A stretch of DNA of 32,000 nucleotides from Mycolicibacterium smegmatis. GTDB taxonomy: Bacteria; Actinomycetota; Actinomycetes; Mycobacteriales; Mycobacteriaceae. A model generated the notes under the pieces. It was not told where the DNA came from and did not search any database. It was given only the letters and a program-made list of their open reading frames with translations. The stretch is from the NCBI RefSeq assembly GCF_001457595.1, contig NZ_LN831039.1, positions 6,060,001 through 6,092,000 of the forward strand. The letters are read 5' to 3'. The position numbers were made by a program, and so were the translations under genes. This document shows, piece by piece, positions 13,656-22,215 of this stretch; the stretch's first letter is position 1; every line of letters starts with the position of its first letter.

Positions 13656-14411
13656 ATGACGATCACATCCACCACCGTCGAACCGGGCATCGTCTCGGTC
13701 ACCGTGAACTACCCGCCGGTCAACGCCGTTCCGTCGCGTGGCTGGTTCGAACTCGCAGACGCGATCACCGCAGCGGGCCGCGACCCGCAGACGCACGTGG
13801 TGATCCTGCGCGCCGAGGGCCGCGGCTTCAACGCCGGCGTCGACATCAAGGAGATGCAGAACACCGAGGGCTTCACCGCACTCATCGACGCCAACCGCGG
13901 CTGCTTCGCGGCCTTCAAGGCGGTCTACGAATGCGAGGTGCCGGTGGTCACCGCGGTCAACGGCTTCTGCGTCGGCGGCGGCATCGGACTGGTCGGCAAC
14001 TCCGACGTGATCGTCGCGTCCGACGACGCCAAATTCGGTCTGCCCGAGGTTGAACGCGGTGCCCTGGGTGCTGCCACGCACCTCTCGCGTCTGGTACCGC
14101 AGCACATGATGCGACGTCTGTTCTTCACCGCGGCCACGGTCGACGCCGCGACGCTGCACCACTTCGGGTCTGTACACGAGGTCGTCCCGCGCGAGGACCT
14201 CGACGAGGCCGCGTTGCGCGTGGCCCGCGACATCGCCACCAAGGACACCCGCGTGATTCGCGCGGCCAAGGAAGCGCTCAACTTCATCGACGTGCAGCGC
14301 GTCAACGCCAGCTACCGCATGGAACAGGGCTTCACGTTCGAACTGAACCTGTCCGGCGTCTCCGACGAACACCGCGATGCGTTCGCCGGGACCGAGAAGA
14401 GGGCCAAATGA
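13656..14411 (+). CDS. echA20: Enoyl-CoA hydratase/isomerase family EchA20 (CD-ring degradation)
   Basis: MTITSTTVEPGIVSVTVNYPPVNAVPSRGWFELADAITAAG...GVDIKEMQNTEGF..., crotonase fold, immediately upstream of ipdA. Start ATG 13656. Confidence 0.9.
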   Translation: MTITSTTVEPGIVSVTVNYPPVNAVPSRGWFELADAITAAGRDPQTHVVILRAEGRGFNAGVDIKEMQNTEGFTALIDANRGCFAAFKAVYECEVPVVTAVNGFCVGGGIGLVGNSDVIVASDDAKFGLPEVERGALGAATHLSRLVPQHMMRRLFFTAATVDAATLHHFGSVHEVVPREDLDEAALRVARDIATKDTRVIRAAKEALNFIDVQRVNASYRMEQGFTFELNLSGVSDEHRDAFAGTEKRAK

Positions 14412-15295
14412 CCGACAAGAGGACAACTTTGGACGACGCCGTCTCGTCTATCGAGAGCGGCATGACCATCGGCATCGGCGGCTGGGGTTCGCGCCGCAAG
14501 CCCATGGCCTTCGTACGCGCGCTGCTGCGCACCGACGTCACCGACCTGACCGTCGTCACCTACGGCGGCCCGGACCTCGGACTGCTGTGCTCGGCAGGCA
14601 AGGTCAAGCGGGTCTACTACGGCTTCGTCTCACTGGATTCCCCGCCGTTCTACGACCCGTGGTTCGCCAAGGCCCGCACCAGCGGTGCGATCGAGGCCCG
14701 CGAGATGGACGAGGGCATGCTGCGCTGCGGTCTGCAGGCCGCCGCCCAGCGGTTGCCGTTCCTGCCGATCCGCGCCGGCCTGGGCAGCGACGTGCGTAGC
14801 TTCTGGGGCAACGAACTCAAGACGGTGAAATCGCCCTACCCGACGGGCGATGGCTACGAGGAGCTCATCGCCATGCCCGCGCTGAACCTGGACGCGGCGT
14901 TCGTGCACATGAATCTCGGTGACGCCAAGGGCAATGCCGCGTACACCGGCATCGACCCGTACTTCGACGACCTGTTCCTGATGGCCGCGCAGAAGCGGTT
15001 CCTGTCCGTCGAGCGCGTGGTTCCCACCGACGAACTGGTCAAGGCCGTGCCGCCGCAGGCCCTGCTGATCAACCGCATGATGGTCGACACCGTGGTCGAG
15101 GCGCCCAACGGTGCCCACTTCACCACGGCCGAACCGGATTACCGTCGCGACGAGAAGTTCCAGCGTCACTACGCCGAGGCCGCGGGTTCCGAGGAGACGT
15201 GGGCCGAGTTCGTCAATACGTACCTGTCGGGCAGTGAGGCGGACTACCAGGCTGCGGTGCGCAAGTTCGCAGAGGCGCAGAAGGAGGCCAAGTGA
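14408..15295 (+). CDS. ipdA: CoA-transferase-like COCHEA-CoA hydrolase alpha subunit IpdA
   Basis: MTDKRTTLDDAVSSIESGMTIGIGGWGSRRKPMAFVRALLRTDVTDLTVVTYGGPDLG...; ATGA overlap with echA20. Confidence 0.92.
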   Translation: MTDKRTTLDDAVSSIESGMTIGIGGWGSRRKPMAFVRALLRTDVTDLTVVTYGGPDLGLLCSAGKVKRVYYGFVSLDSPPFYDPWFAKARTSGAIEAREMDEGMLRCGLQAAAQRLPFLPIRAGLGSDVRSFWGNELKTVKSPYPTGDGYEELIAMPALNLDAAFVHMNLGDAKGNAAYTGIDPYFDDLFLMAAQKRFLSVERVVPTDELVKAVPPQALLINRMMVDTVVEAPNGAHFTTAEPDYRRDEKFQRHYAEAAGSEETWAEFVNTYLSGSEADYQAAVRKFAEAQKEAK

Positions 15296-16041
15296 TGTCG
15301 GTGACCCGTGCAGAGGTGTGCGCCGTCGCGTGCGCCGAATTGTTCCGTGACGCAGGCGAGATCATGGTGAGCCCGATGACCACCATCGTGTCGATCGGGG
15401 CGCGCCTGGCCCGGCTGACGTTCTCCCCCGACATCCTGCTCACCGACGGGGAGGCCCGCCTGATCGCCGACACCCCGGCCATCGGCGCGCCCGCCGAGAT
15501 CGAGGGCTGGATGCCGTTCGGGCGCGTGTTCGAGACCCTGTCGTGGGGCCGACGTCACGTGGTGATGGGGGCCAACCAGATCGATCGCTACGGCAACCAG
15601 AACCTCTCGGCGTTCGGCCCGCTGCAGCACCCGACGCGCCAGATGTTCGGCGTGCGGGGCGCACCGGGCAACACGATCAACCACGCCACCAGTTACTGGG
15701 TGGGCAACCACTCCAAGCGCGTGTTCGGCGAGTCCGTCGACGTGGTCTCCGGAATCGGCTGGGACAAGGTCGATCCCGATAACCCGGCGTACCGGTTCGT
15801 CAACATCTACCGCGTCGTGACCAACCTCGGTGTGTTCGACTTCAACGGGCCCGACCACCAGATGCGCGCGGTGTCGCTGCATCCCGGCATCGAGGCCGAT
15901 CAGGTCGCCGACAACACCTCGTTCGAGGTGCACGGGCTCGACACCGCCGAGACGACGCGGCTGCCCAGCGAGGACGAGCTCAAGCTGCTGCGCGAGGTGA
16001 TCGATCCGAAGTCGCTGCGCGACAAGGAAGTCAAGCTGTGA
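15295..16041 (+). CDS. ipdB: COCHEA-CoA hydrolase beta subunit IpdB
   Basis: MSVTRAEVCAVACAELFRDAGEIMVSPMTTIVSIGARLARLTFSPDILLTDGEA...; ATG 15295 overlaps the ipdA stop. Confidence 0.92.
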   Translation: MSVTRAEVCAVACAELFRDAGEIMVSPMTTIVSIGARLARLTFSPDILLTDGEARLIADTPAIGAPAEIEGWMPFGRVFETLSWGRRHVVMGANQIDRYGNQNLSAFGPLQHPTRQMFGVRGAPGNTINHATSYWVGNHSKRVFGESVDVVSGIGWDKVDPDNPAYRFVNIYRVVTNLGVFDFNGPDHQMRAVSLHPGIEADQVADNTSFEVHGLDTAETTRLPSEDELKLLREVIDPKSLRDKEVKL

Positions 16042-17114
16042 GCAGGCTCAAGACCCCGCTGACCGAGCTGGTCGGCATCGAGCATCCCGTCGTCCAGACC
16101 GGTATGGGCTGGGTCGCCGGGGCGCGACTGGTGTCCGCGACCTCCAACGCGGGCGGCCTCGGCATCCTGGCGTCGGCGACCATGACACTCGACGAGCTCA
16201 AGACGGCCGTCGCCAAGGTGAAGGCCGCCACCGACAAACCCTTCGGCATCAACATCCGTGCCGACGCCGGCGACGCCAACGAACGCGTCGACCTCCTGAT
16301 CAGCGAAGGAGTCAAAGTCGCCTCCTTCGCCCTGGCTCCCAAACCGGATCTGATCGCCAAGCTCAAAGAAGCAGGCGTGGTGGTCATTCCGTCCGTCGGG
16401 CTGGCCAAGCACGCCAAGAAAGTTGCGAGCTGGGGCGCCGATGCGGTGATCGTGCAGGGCGGTGAGGGCGGTGGGCACACCGGCCCCATCGCCACCACGC
16501 TGCTGCTGCCGTCGGTCCTCGACGCCGTCGCCGACACCGGGATGCCGGTGATCGCCGCGGGCGGTTTCTTCGACGGGCGTGGTCTGGCCGCGGCGCTGTC
16601 CTACGGCGCGGCGGGGGTGGCCATGGGCACCCGTTTCCTGTTGACCTCGGATTCCACCGTGCCCGACGCGGTCAAGCAGCGGTATCTGCAGGCCGCGCTC
16701 GACGGCACGGTCGTCTCGACCCGTGTGGACGGTATGCCGCACCGGGTGCTGCGCACGGGTCTGGTGGAGAAGCTGGAGAGTGGTTCGCGGGTGCGCGGTT
16801 TCGCCGCCGCGGTGGGCAACGCGCAGAAGTTCAAGAAGATGTCGGGCATGACGTGGCGGTCGATGATCAAAGACGGCCTCGCGATGCGTCACGGCAAGGA
16901 ACTCACGTGGTCGCAGGTGGTGATGGCGGCCAACACCCCGATGCTGCTCAAAGCCGGTCTGGTCGAGGGCAACACCGACGCGGGTGTGCTGGCATCCGGG
17001 CAGGTCACGGGCATCATCGACGATCTGCCGTCGTGCGCCGAGCTGGTTCCTGCGATCGTCGCCGACGCCGTGGAGCACCTGAATAAAGCGTCATCCTTCA
17101 TCCAGGAGAAATGA
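16038..17114 (+). CDS. ipdC: Nitronate-monooxygenase-like flavoprotein IpdC
   Basis: LKTPLTELVGIEHPVVQTGMGWVAGARLVSATSNAGGLGILASATMTLDEL...VQGGEGGGHTG; GTG start overlapping the ipdB stop. Confidence 0.9.
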   Translation: MSRLKTPLTELVGIEHPVVQTGMGWVAGARLVSATSNAGGLGILASATMTLDELKTAVAKVKAATDKPFGINIRADAGDANERVDLLISEGVKVASFALAPKPDLIAKLKEAGVVVIPSVGLAKHAKKVASWGADAVIVQGGEGGGHTGPIATTLLLPSVLDAVADTGMPVIAAGGFFDGRGLAAALSYGAAGVAMGTRFLLTSDSTVPDAVKQRYLQAALDGTVVSTRVDGMPHRVLRTGLVEKLESGSRVRGFAAAVGNAQKFKKMSGMTWRSMIKDGLAMRHGKELTWSQVVMAANTPMLLKAGLVEGNTDAGVLASGQVTGIIDDLPSCAELVPAIVADAVEHLNKASSFIQEK

Positions 17115-17145
17115 AGTATATGTCTTAACTCTGCCATGATGAAGC

Positions 17146-17151
17146 TATAGT
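17146..17151 (+). promoter_or_regulatory. Candidate -10 (TATAGT) for leaderless satD-like operon
   Basis: TATAGT ends 6 nt before ATG 17158, within a locally AT-rich intergenic stretch. Confidence 0.6.
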
Positions 17152-17157
17152 ATTCAC

Positions 17158-17796
17158 ATGGCAGAGCAAGGTTCACTGCGCGCCACCCTCATCGGGGACG
17201 TCGTCGGATCGCGTAGCGCGACCGACCGGCGCGCGCTGCACCGCGACCTCAACGCCGCACTCGCCGCCGTGGCCGGCCACGCGATCGACCCACCCGCCTT
17301 CACCGTCGGCGACGAATTCCAGGGCAGCTACCGCCGCGTCGGCGACGCGCTCACAGCAGCCTGGGCCATCCGCTTGGCGGTCGCCCCCGGGATCGACGTG
17401 CGGTTCGGCATCGGTTGGGGCGCGGTGAGCGTGCTCGACGAGGCCACGGGCATCCAGGACGGTCCGGGGTGGTGGGCTGCCAGGGAGGCGATCGAGTGGA
17501 CCGCCGAGGCACAACGCCAGCCCGGCCTGGCGCTGGTCCGCATCACCTACCGCAGATCCGCCGACACGGGCCCGGCCCCCGAGGCCGTCAACGCGGCCCT
17601 GATGTGTCGGGACCACATGTTTGGATCACTCGATGAACGGTCCATCCGCATCCTGAGGGGTCTCATGTCCAACCAGCCGAAGAAGGATCTCGCCGCCGCC
17701 GAGCAGATCAGCGCGTCGGCGGTGTCCCAGCGCGCCGGTCGCGACGGCCTGGACCTCATCGTGCTTGCGTCGCAGTATCTTTCGGAGATCACATGA
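17158..17796 (+). CDS. SatD-family-like protein with GDEF-like motif and putative C-terminal HTH
   Basis: MAEQGSLRATLIGDVVGSRSATDRRALHRDLNAAL...FTVGDEFQGSYRRVGDALTAAWAIRLAVAPGIDVRFGIGWGAV...DGPGWWAAREAI...DLAAAEQISASAVSQRAGRDGLDLIVLAS. Confidence 0.75.
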   Translation: MAEQGSLRATLIGDVVGSRSATDRRALHRDLNAALAAVAGHAIDPPAFTVGDEFQGSYRRVGDALTAAWAIRLAVAPGIDVRFGIGWGAVSVLDEATGIQDGPGWWAAREAIEWTAEAQRQPGLALVRITYRRSADTGPAPEAVNAALMCRDHMFGSLDERSIRILRGLMSNQPKKDLAAAEQISASAVSQRAGRDGLDLIVLASQYLSEIT

Positions 17797-18539
17797 GCAT
17801 GCTGGCGATGTTCCTCATCGCCATCGGTCTCGGTGACGTGATGCGGCGGTTCATCGGCACCCGATGGGTTCCGCCGGTGCTCGCGGTCGTGGTTCTCGTG
17901 GTGGGCTCGCTGCTCGCCGGACTGTGGCACCTCGGCGACCTGCCGTTGCTCGTCATCGCGTCGGTCGCGGTGGTCGGCTGGAACGTGGCGTGCGAGCGCA
18001 CCGAGGTCACCGGCACACGTCAGGGCATACCGCTGGTGATCATCGGCGGGGCGGTGACGGCCCTGATCTTGTTGTCGGGCTGGGCATCCGACGTCGGCGG
18101 CGCAGTGGGGCGCTGGGTGGCGTGGGCCGAGCTGCCCGAGAGCGTGTCGGCCGGGCGGGTGCTCATGGTGCTCGGCGTCATGCTCGTGCAGCTCACCACG
18201 GCCAACCACGTCGTGCGCCTGGTGCTCGGATCGGTCGGCGCGGTGAAGCCCGCGGGTCAGCCGCAGGCGTCCGATCGGCTCAAGGGTGGCCGGCTGCTCG
18301 GCCCGATGGAGCGCCTGCTGATCGTCGGGCTCGGCCTGGCGGGTCAGCTCACCATGGCCTCGGCCGTCGTCGCCGCCAAGAGCGTCATCCGCTTCCCCGA
18401 GATCAACGCGACGCGCAACCACGACGAGCAAGACACGGACCACGTCGGCATCGACGAGGTCGTCGAGTACTTCCTCGTCGGCTCGTTCGCCAGCTGGATC
18501 TTCGCGTTCGCGAGCCTGGCCCTCGTCGCCGCAGCGTGA
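17793..18539 (+). CDS. Multi-pass integral membrane protein, translationally coupled partner of the SatD-like gene
   Basis: ATGA overlap with the upstream CDS; multiple hydrophobic helices; C-terminus ERLLIVGLGLAGQLTMASAVVAAKSVIRFPEI...VEYFLVGSFASWIFAFASLALV resembles the tail of membrane proteins often found beside SatD genes (recalled). Confidence 0.78.
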   Translation: MSMLAMFLIAIGLGDVMRRFIGTRWVPPVLAVVVLVVGSLLAGLWHLGDLPLLVIASVAVVGWNVACERTEVTGTRQGIPLVIIGGAVTALILLSGWASDVGGAVGRWVAWAELPESVSAGRVLMVLGVMLVQLTTANHVVRLVLGSVGAVKPAGQPQASDRLKGGRLLGPMERLLIVGLGLAGQLTMASAVVAAKSVIRFPEINATRNHDEQDTDHVGIDEVVEYFLVGSFASWIFAFASLALVAAA

Positions 18540-18546
18540 CCGGACG

Positions 18547-19524
18547 TCACGTGGAGTACCAGTCGGGCAACTCTTGCGGGCGCAGATCGGTGTCGTCGCG
18601 CGGCCGGGTGAGCGTGAGCAGGGCACGCACGATCGTCGGTCGGCGCTGCAACATGTCGGCCACGGCGTTGAGCCGCGCCGCGACATCGGACTCGACCGCG
18701 TCCCCGGTCAGGTCGACCGCAGCGACGACGTAGATCCGATCCGCGCCGACCCACTCGGTGTGCAGATAGCTGATCCGCTCGATGTCGGGATGGTCGCGTA
18801 GGTCTTGCAGGATGATGTTGCGCGCCAGCGGTGTCACGGCCTCACCGGTGAGGAAATCCATGTTGCGTTCGATCAGGAACAGCGCCACGCACCCGAGAAG
18901 CACGCCGACCAGGATCGAGCCGACGGCATCCCACACGGCGTCCCCGGTGATCTGGTGAGCGAGGATGCCCGCGGCGGCGATGACGATGCCGATCAGCGCC
19001 GAGAGATCCTCGACGAACACGGCCCGCAGCATCGGGTTCGACGTGAGACGGATGTAACGCAGCGGGCTGATGCGCCGACGTACGGCGCCGGGTCTGGTCT
19101 GGCGCAACGCCTGTAGGAACGACGTACCTTCCAGGACGAACGCGATCGCCAGCACGGTGTAGGCCCATTTGTAGGACGTCGGCTCGGCTTCCCCGCCCAA
19201 CGACTGGATGCCGTGCCAGATCGACACCACCGCGCCCACCGTGAACAAACCGAAGGCCGCGAACATCGACCAGATGTATCCGGTGCGCCCGTACCCCAGG
19301 CGGTGTTCGTCGTCGGCAGGCTTCGCCGACATCCGGGTTCCGATCAGCAGGAAAACCTCATTGCCCGTATCGGCCCACGAATGCGCGGCTTCGGCGAGCA
19401 TCGACGCCGATCCCGTCACGGCTGCGACGACGCTCTTGGCGAGCGCGATGAGAGCGTTGGCCACGAGGGCCACCAGCACCGTCAGAAAGCTTTCATCACG
19501 CGCCGGTTCGCGGCCCTGAGCCAT
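18547..19524 (-). CDS. Cation diffusion facilitator (CDF) family transporter
   Basis: [42 protein letters not shown] (HxxxD metal-site helix), [19 protein letters not shown], multiple TM helices. Confidence 0.87.
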   Translation of the reverse strand: MAQGREPARDESFLTVLVALVANALIALAKSVVAAVTGSASMLAEAAHSWADTGNEVFLLIGTRMSAKPADDEHRLGYGRTGYIWSMFAAFGLFTVGAVVSIWHGIQSLGGEAEPTSYKWAYTVLAIAFVLEGTSFLQALRQTRPGAVRRRISPLRYIRLTSNPMLRAVFVEDLSALIGIVIAAAGILAHQITGDAVWDAVGSILVGVLLGCVALFLIERNMDFLTGEAVTPLARNIILQDLRDHPDIERISYLHTEWVGADRIYVVAAVDLTGDAVESDVAARLNAVADMLQRRPTIVRALLTLTRPRDDTDLRPQELPDWYST

Positions 19525-19550
19525 ACCTCCACACTCACCCTTCGCGTCGG

Positions 19551-19600
19551 CAGACGCAAAACTGCCTGATCCCAGGGGAAATCAGGCAGTTTTGCGTCTG
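19551..19600. terminator. Strong bidirectional intrinsic terminator hairpin
   Basis: CAGACGCAAAACTGCCTGAT - CCCAGGGGAA - ATCAGGCAGTTTTGCGTCTG: perfect 20-bp inverted repeat, 10-nt loop. Confidence 0.88.
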
Positions 19601-19612
19601 CTCGCGAAGGAA

Positions 19613-20761
19613 CTAGAGGCGCTCGATGATGGTGACGTTCGCGGTGCCGCCACCCTCGCACATGGTCTGCAGGCCGTAGCGGCCGCCGGTGCGCTCGAGG
19701 GTGTTGAGCATGGTGGCGAACAGCTTGGCACCGGTCGCGCCGAGCGGGTGACCGAGCGCGATCGCGCCGCCGTTGGGGTTGACCTTCTCCGGATCGGCCT
19801 TGAGGTCCTTGATCCAGGCGAGGACGACGGGCGCGAACGCCTCGTTGATCTCGACGGTGTCGATGTCGTCGATCGACAGGCCGGTCTTCTTGAGCGCGTA
19901 CTCCGTCGCGGGGATCGGGCCCGTGAGCATCATGACCGGATCGGCGCCGCGGGCGCTGATGTGGTGGATGCGGGCGCGCGGCTTGAGGTTGTGCTCCTTG
20001 ACGGCCTGCTCGGAGGCCAGCAGCACCGCGCTTGCGCCGTCGGAGATCTGGCTGGCGAGCGCCGCGGTGAGACGGCCACCCTCGACGAGCGGCTGCAGTG
20101 CGGCCATCTTCTCCAGCGTGGTCTCGCGCGGCCCCTCGTCGACACCGAAGTCACCGACCGGCACGATCTCGTTGTCGAAGTGCCCGGCACGGATTGCCGC
20201 GAACGCACGCTGATGGCTGGACAGCGCGAACTGCTCCATCTCCTCGCGGGAGATGTCCCAGCGCTCGGCGATGAGTTCCGAACCGCGGAACTGCGAGATC
20301 TCCTGATCGCCGTAGCGGTGCCGCCAGTACTCGGATTCGGCTGTGGGCGTGCTGAATCCGAGTTCCTTGCCGACGATCATGGCCGACGAGATGGGCACCC
20401 AGCTCATGTTCTGCATGCCACCGGCGAGGATGATGTCCGCGGTGCCCGACATGATCGCCTGCGCACCAAAGGAAATGGCCTGCTGGCTGGAGCCGCACTG
20501 CCGGTCGACGGTGACGCCGGGGACCTCTTCGGGGTAGCCCGCGGCCAGCCACGCGTTGCGGCCGATGTTGCCCGCCTGCCCACCGATGGCGTCGACACAG
20601 CCGACGATGACGTCGTCGACCGCACCCGGATCCACGTCGACGCGATCGAAGATGCTGCGGAACACGTGCACGCCGAGATCGATCGGATGCACTTGAGCCA
20701 GCGACCCGTTCTTCTTTCCGACGGGGGTGCGTACGGCATCGATGATGTACGCCTCAGGCAT
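19613..20761 (-). CDS. fadA6: Thiolase FadA6 (CD-ring degradation)
   Basis: MPEAYIIDAVRTPVGKKNGSLAQVHPIDLGVHVF...VDRQCGSSQQAISFGAQAIMSG...GHPLGATGAKL...CEGGGTANVTIIERL. Start ATG 20761, not 21064. Confidence 0.92.
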   Translation of the reverse strand: MPEAYIIDAVRTPVGKKNGSLAQVHPIDLGVHVFRSIFDRVDVDPGAVDDVIVGCVDAIGGQAGNIGRNAWLAAGYPEEVPGVTVDRQCGSSQQAISFGAQAIMSGTADIILAGGMQNMSWVPISSAMIVGKELGFSTPTAESEYWRHRYGDQEISQFRGSELIAERWDISREEMEQFALSSHQRAFAAIRAGHFDNEIVPVGDFGVDEGPRETTLEKMAALQPLVEGGRLTAALASQISDGASAVLLASEQAVKEHNLKPRARIHHISARGADPVMMLTGPIPATEYALKKTGLSIDDIDTVEINEAFAPVVLAWIKDLKADPEKVNPNGGAIALGHPLGATGAKLFATMLNTLERTGGRYGLQTMCEGGGTANVTIIERL

Positions 20762-21371
20762 GTTTATCTCCTTGTGACTGCGTGATTCCGCCGAGAACGA
20801 TGGCGAGGTACTGCTGGCCGACCTGTTCGGCCGAAAGGGGCCCGCCCGGTTTGTACCAGCGAACCGAAACCCATGTGGTGTCCCGGATGAACCGGTAGAC
20901 CAGGTCGACATCGAGGTCGGGACGGAACGAGCCGTCGGCGACGCCCTCCTGCAAGATGTCGACCCACATCTTGCGCTGCTCTTTGTTGCGCGTCTCGACG
21001 AAGTCGAACTGCGGCAGGTCCGAGAGCCGCTTGGCCTCGTCCTGGTAGATGACCACCTGGGCATGCCGGTGCTCGATGGCCTCGAACGACGCCATGAACA
21101 GGCCCGTCAGCTTCTCCAGCGGGCTGGTCGCGGTGTCGAGGATCTGCTGGTAGCGGCCGAACAGCCAGTCCAGGAAGTCCCGCAGGACCTCTTCGACCAT
21201 CTGCTCTTTGGACTTGAAATGGTGGTACAGGCTGCCCGAGAGAATGCCTGCGGAGTCGGCGATGTCGCGGACCGTCGTGGCCTTGAGGCCGCGGTCGGCG
21301 AACATGGTGGCGGCGAGCTGCAGCAGCTCATCGCGTCTGCTAGCCGGCTGGCTGGGCGTATCCGGCGCCAT
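20754..21371 (-). CDS. kstR2: TetR-family repressor KstR2
   Basis: MAPDTPSQPASRRDELLQLAATMFADRGLKATTVRDIADSAGILSGSLYHHFKSKEQMVEEVL; KstR2-type operator upstream; overlaps the fadA6 start. Confidence 0.9.
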   Translation of the reverse strand: MAPDTPSQPASRRDELLQLAATMFADRGLKATTVRDIADSAGILSGSLYHHFKSKEQMVEEVLRDFLDWLFGRYQQILDTATSPLEKLTGLFMASFEAIEHRHAQVVIYQDEAKRLSDLPQFDFVETRNKEQRKMWVDILQEGVADGSFRPDLDVDLVYRFIRDTTWVSVRWYKPGGPLSAEQVGQQYLAIVLGGITQSQGDKHA

Positions 21372-21377
21372 TGACCC

Positions 21378-21383
21378 AGCATA
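21378..21383 (-). promoter_or_regulatory. Candidate -10 (TATGCT) for leaderless kstR2-fadA6 transcript
   Basis: TAnnnT on the minus strand, 6 nt before ATG 21371. Confidence 0.55.
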
Positions 21384-21386
21384 CCA

Positions 21387-21400
21387 ACCAAGCACTTGCT
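21387..21400. promoter_or_regulatory. KstR2-type operator upstream of kstR2
   Basis: ACCAAGCACTTGCT matches AnCAAGnnCTTGnT exactly. Confidence 0.9.
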
Positions 21401-21404
21401 AGGT

Positions 21405-21492
21405 CACGTCGGGCGGGAGATGCCACCACGCGCCGAGATCGCATCCAGGGACAAAAAATCGCCGGGACGTGTCCCTCAGTGCAGTCTCGGCG
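21405..21492. repeat. Copy 1 of a hairpin-forming direct repeat (~88 bp)
   Basis: CACGTCGGGCGGGAGA...GCGCCGAGATCGCATCCAGGGACAAAAAATCGCCGGGACGTGTCCCTCAGTGCAGTCTCGGCG; near-identical to 22216-22300. Confidence 0.9.
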
Positions 21493-21598
21493 TCGCACGC
21501 ACTACCCTCGCGAGGTGAGACCCAGTACCTCACCCCACCTCACAGGTAGCCTGCTCGACAACGGGAGCGCACCCGATGACGAGACGCTGGAGTAGCCC

Positions 21599-22204
21599 GT
21601 GAGCAGTGTCCCTTTCATCGCCGCCCTCGGCGGGTTGGCCGCTATGGCCTTGGCTCCGCGCCGCGACGTACGAGTTGGACGCACAGTGTTTTGGGCCGGT
21701 GGGTTACTGACGTGCGTTTCGGCGTACTTCATCGCGGACCCGCAGGGCGTGCAAGCCGGATTCGGCGCATCGGCACTTGTTCTCGCGGTAGTTCTTTTCG
21801 TTGCGTATGTGCACACGCCGTTCCTGAACATTCGCCGACGCCGCATCTCCTTCTACAGTGAGGAGAGCGGACCTTACGGCGGCTATGTCACGGTCGCAAA
21901 GTCCTGGTGGCGCTTGGTCGGAACTGTCGCGGTTCTCGCCATTGGCGCAGTGTCGTTCGCCCTCAGCACTGGTGCCGTATGGCCGAGCGGTGTCGCAGCA
22001 TTCGTCGTCATCACGATCGGCTCGATCTTCGGCTACCGCGACAGCGTGTCAGGCAACGCGGTCTCGGGCGGCCAGCGACTTCAGTTCGTCCTCGTCACAG
22101 TTTTCACGCTCGGCGTTTTCGCGGTTTCCTACCTCGCCGTTTACCACGGAAGTCGCGTCTGGCTTTCCGATCAGCGATCGTACGGCCGTCACACGAGGGA
22201 CTGA
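21599..22204 (+). CDS. Hypothetical integral membrane protein
   Basis: GTG start; 201 aa with several hydrophobic segments (VLAVVLFVAYV, LVGTVAVLAIGAVSFAL, FVLVTVFTLGVFAVSYLAVY). Confidence 0.65.
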   Translation: MSSVPFIAALGGLAAMALAPRRDVRVGRTVFWAGGLLTCVSAYFIADPQGVQAGFGASALVLAVVLFVAYVHTPFLNIRRRRISFYSEESGPYGGYVTVAKSWWRLVGTVAVLAIGAVSFALSTGAVWPSGVAAFVVITIGSIFGYRDSVSGNAVSGGQRLQFVLVTVFTLGVFAVSYLAVYHGSRVWLSDQRSYGRHTRD

Positions 22205-22215
22205 CCTGGCCAAGC

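Noticed and set aside
19592-20785. 397-aa plus-strand ORF, with similar 9687..10853 (-), 24666..25793 (-) and 15900..17078 (-)
   Set aside because: All are antisense to well-supported thiolase, ligase or IpdC genes and look like mirror-frame artefacts.
21505-21535. Small inverted repeats CCTCGCGAGG and GGTGAG...CTCACC upstream of the 21599 membrane gene
   Set aside because: Short and expected by chance in high-GC DNA; could be part of a leader but not strong enough to call.
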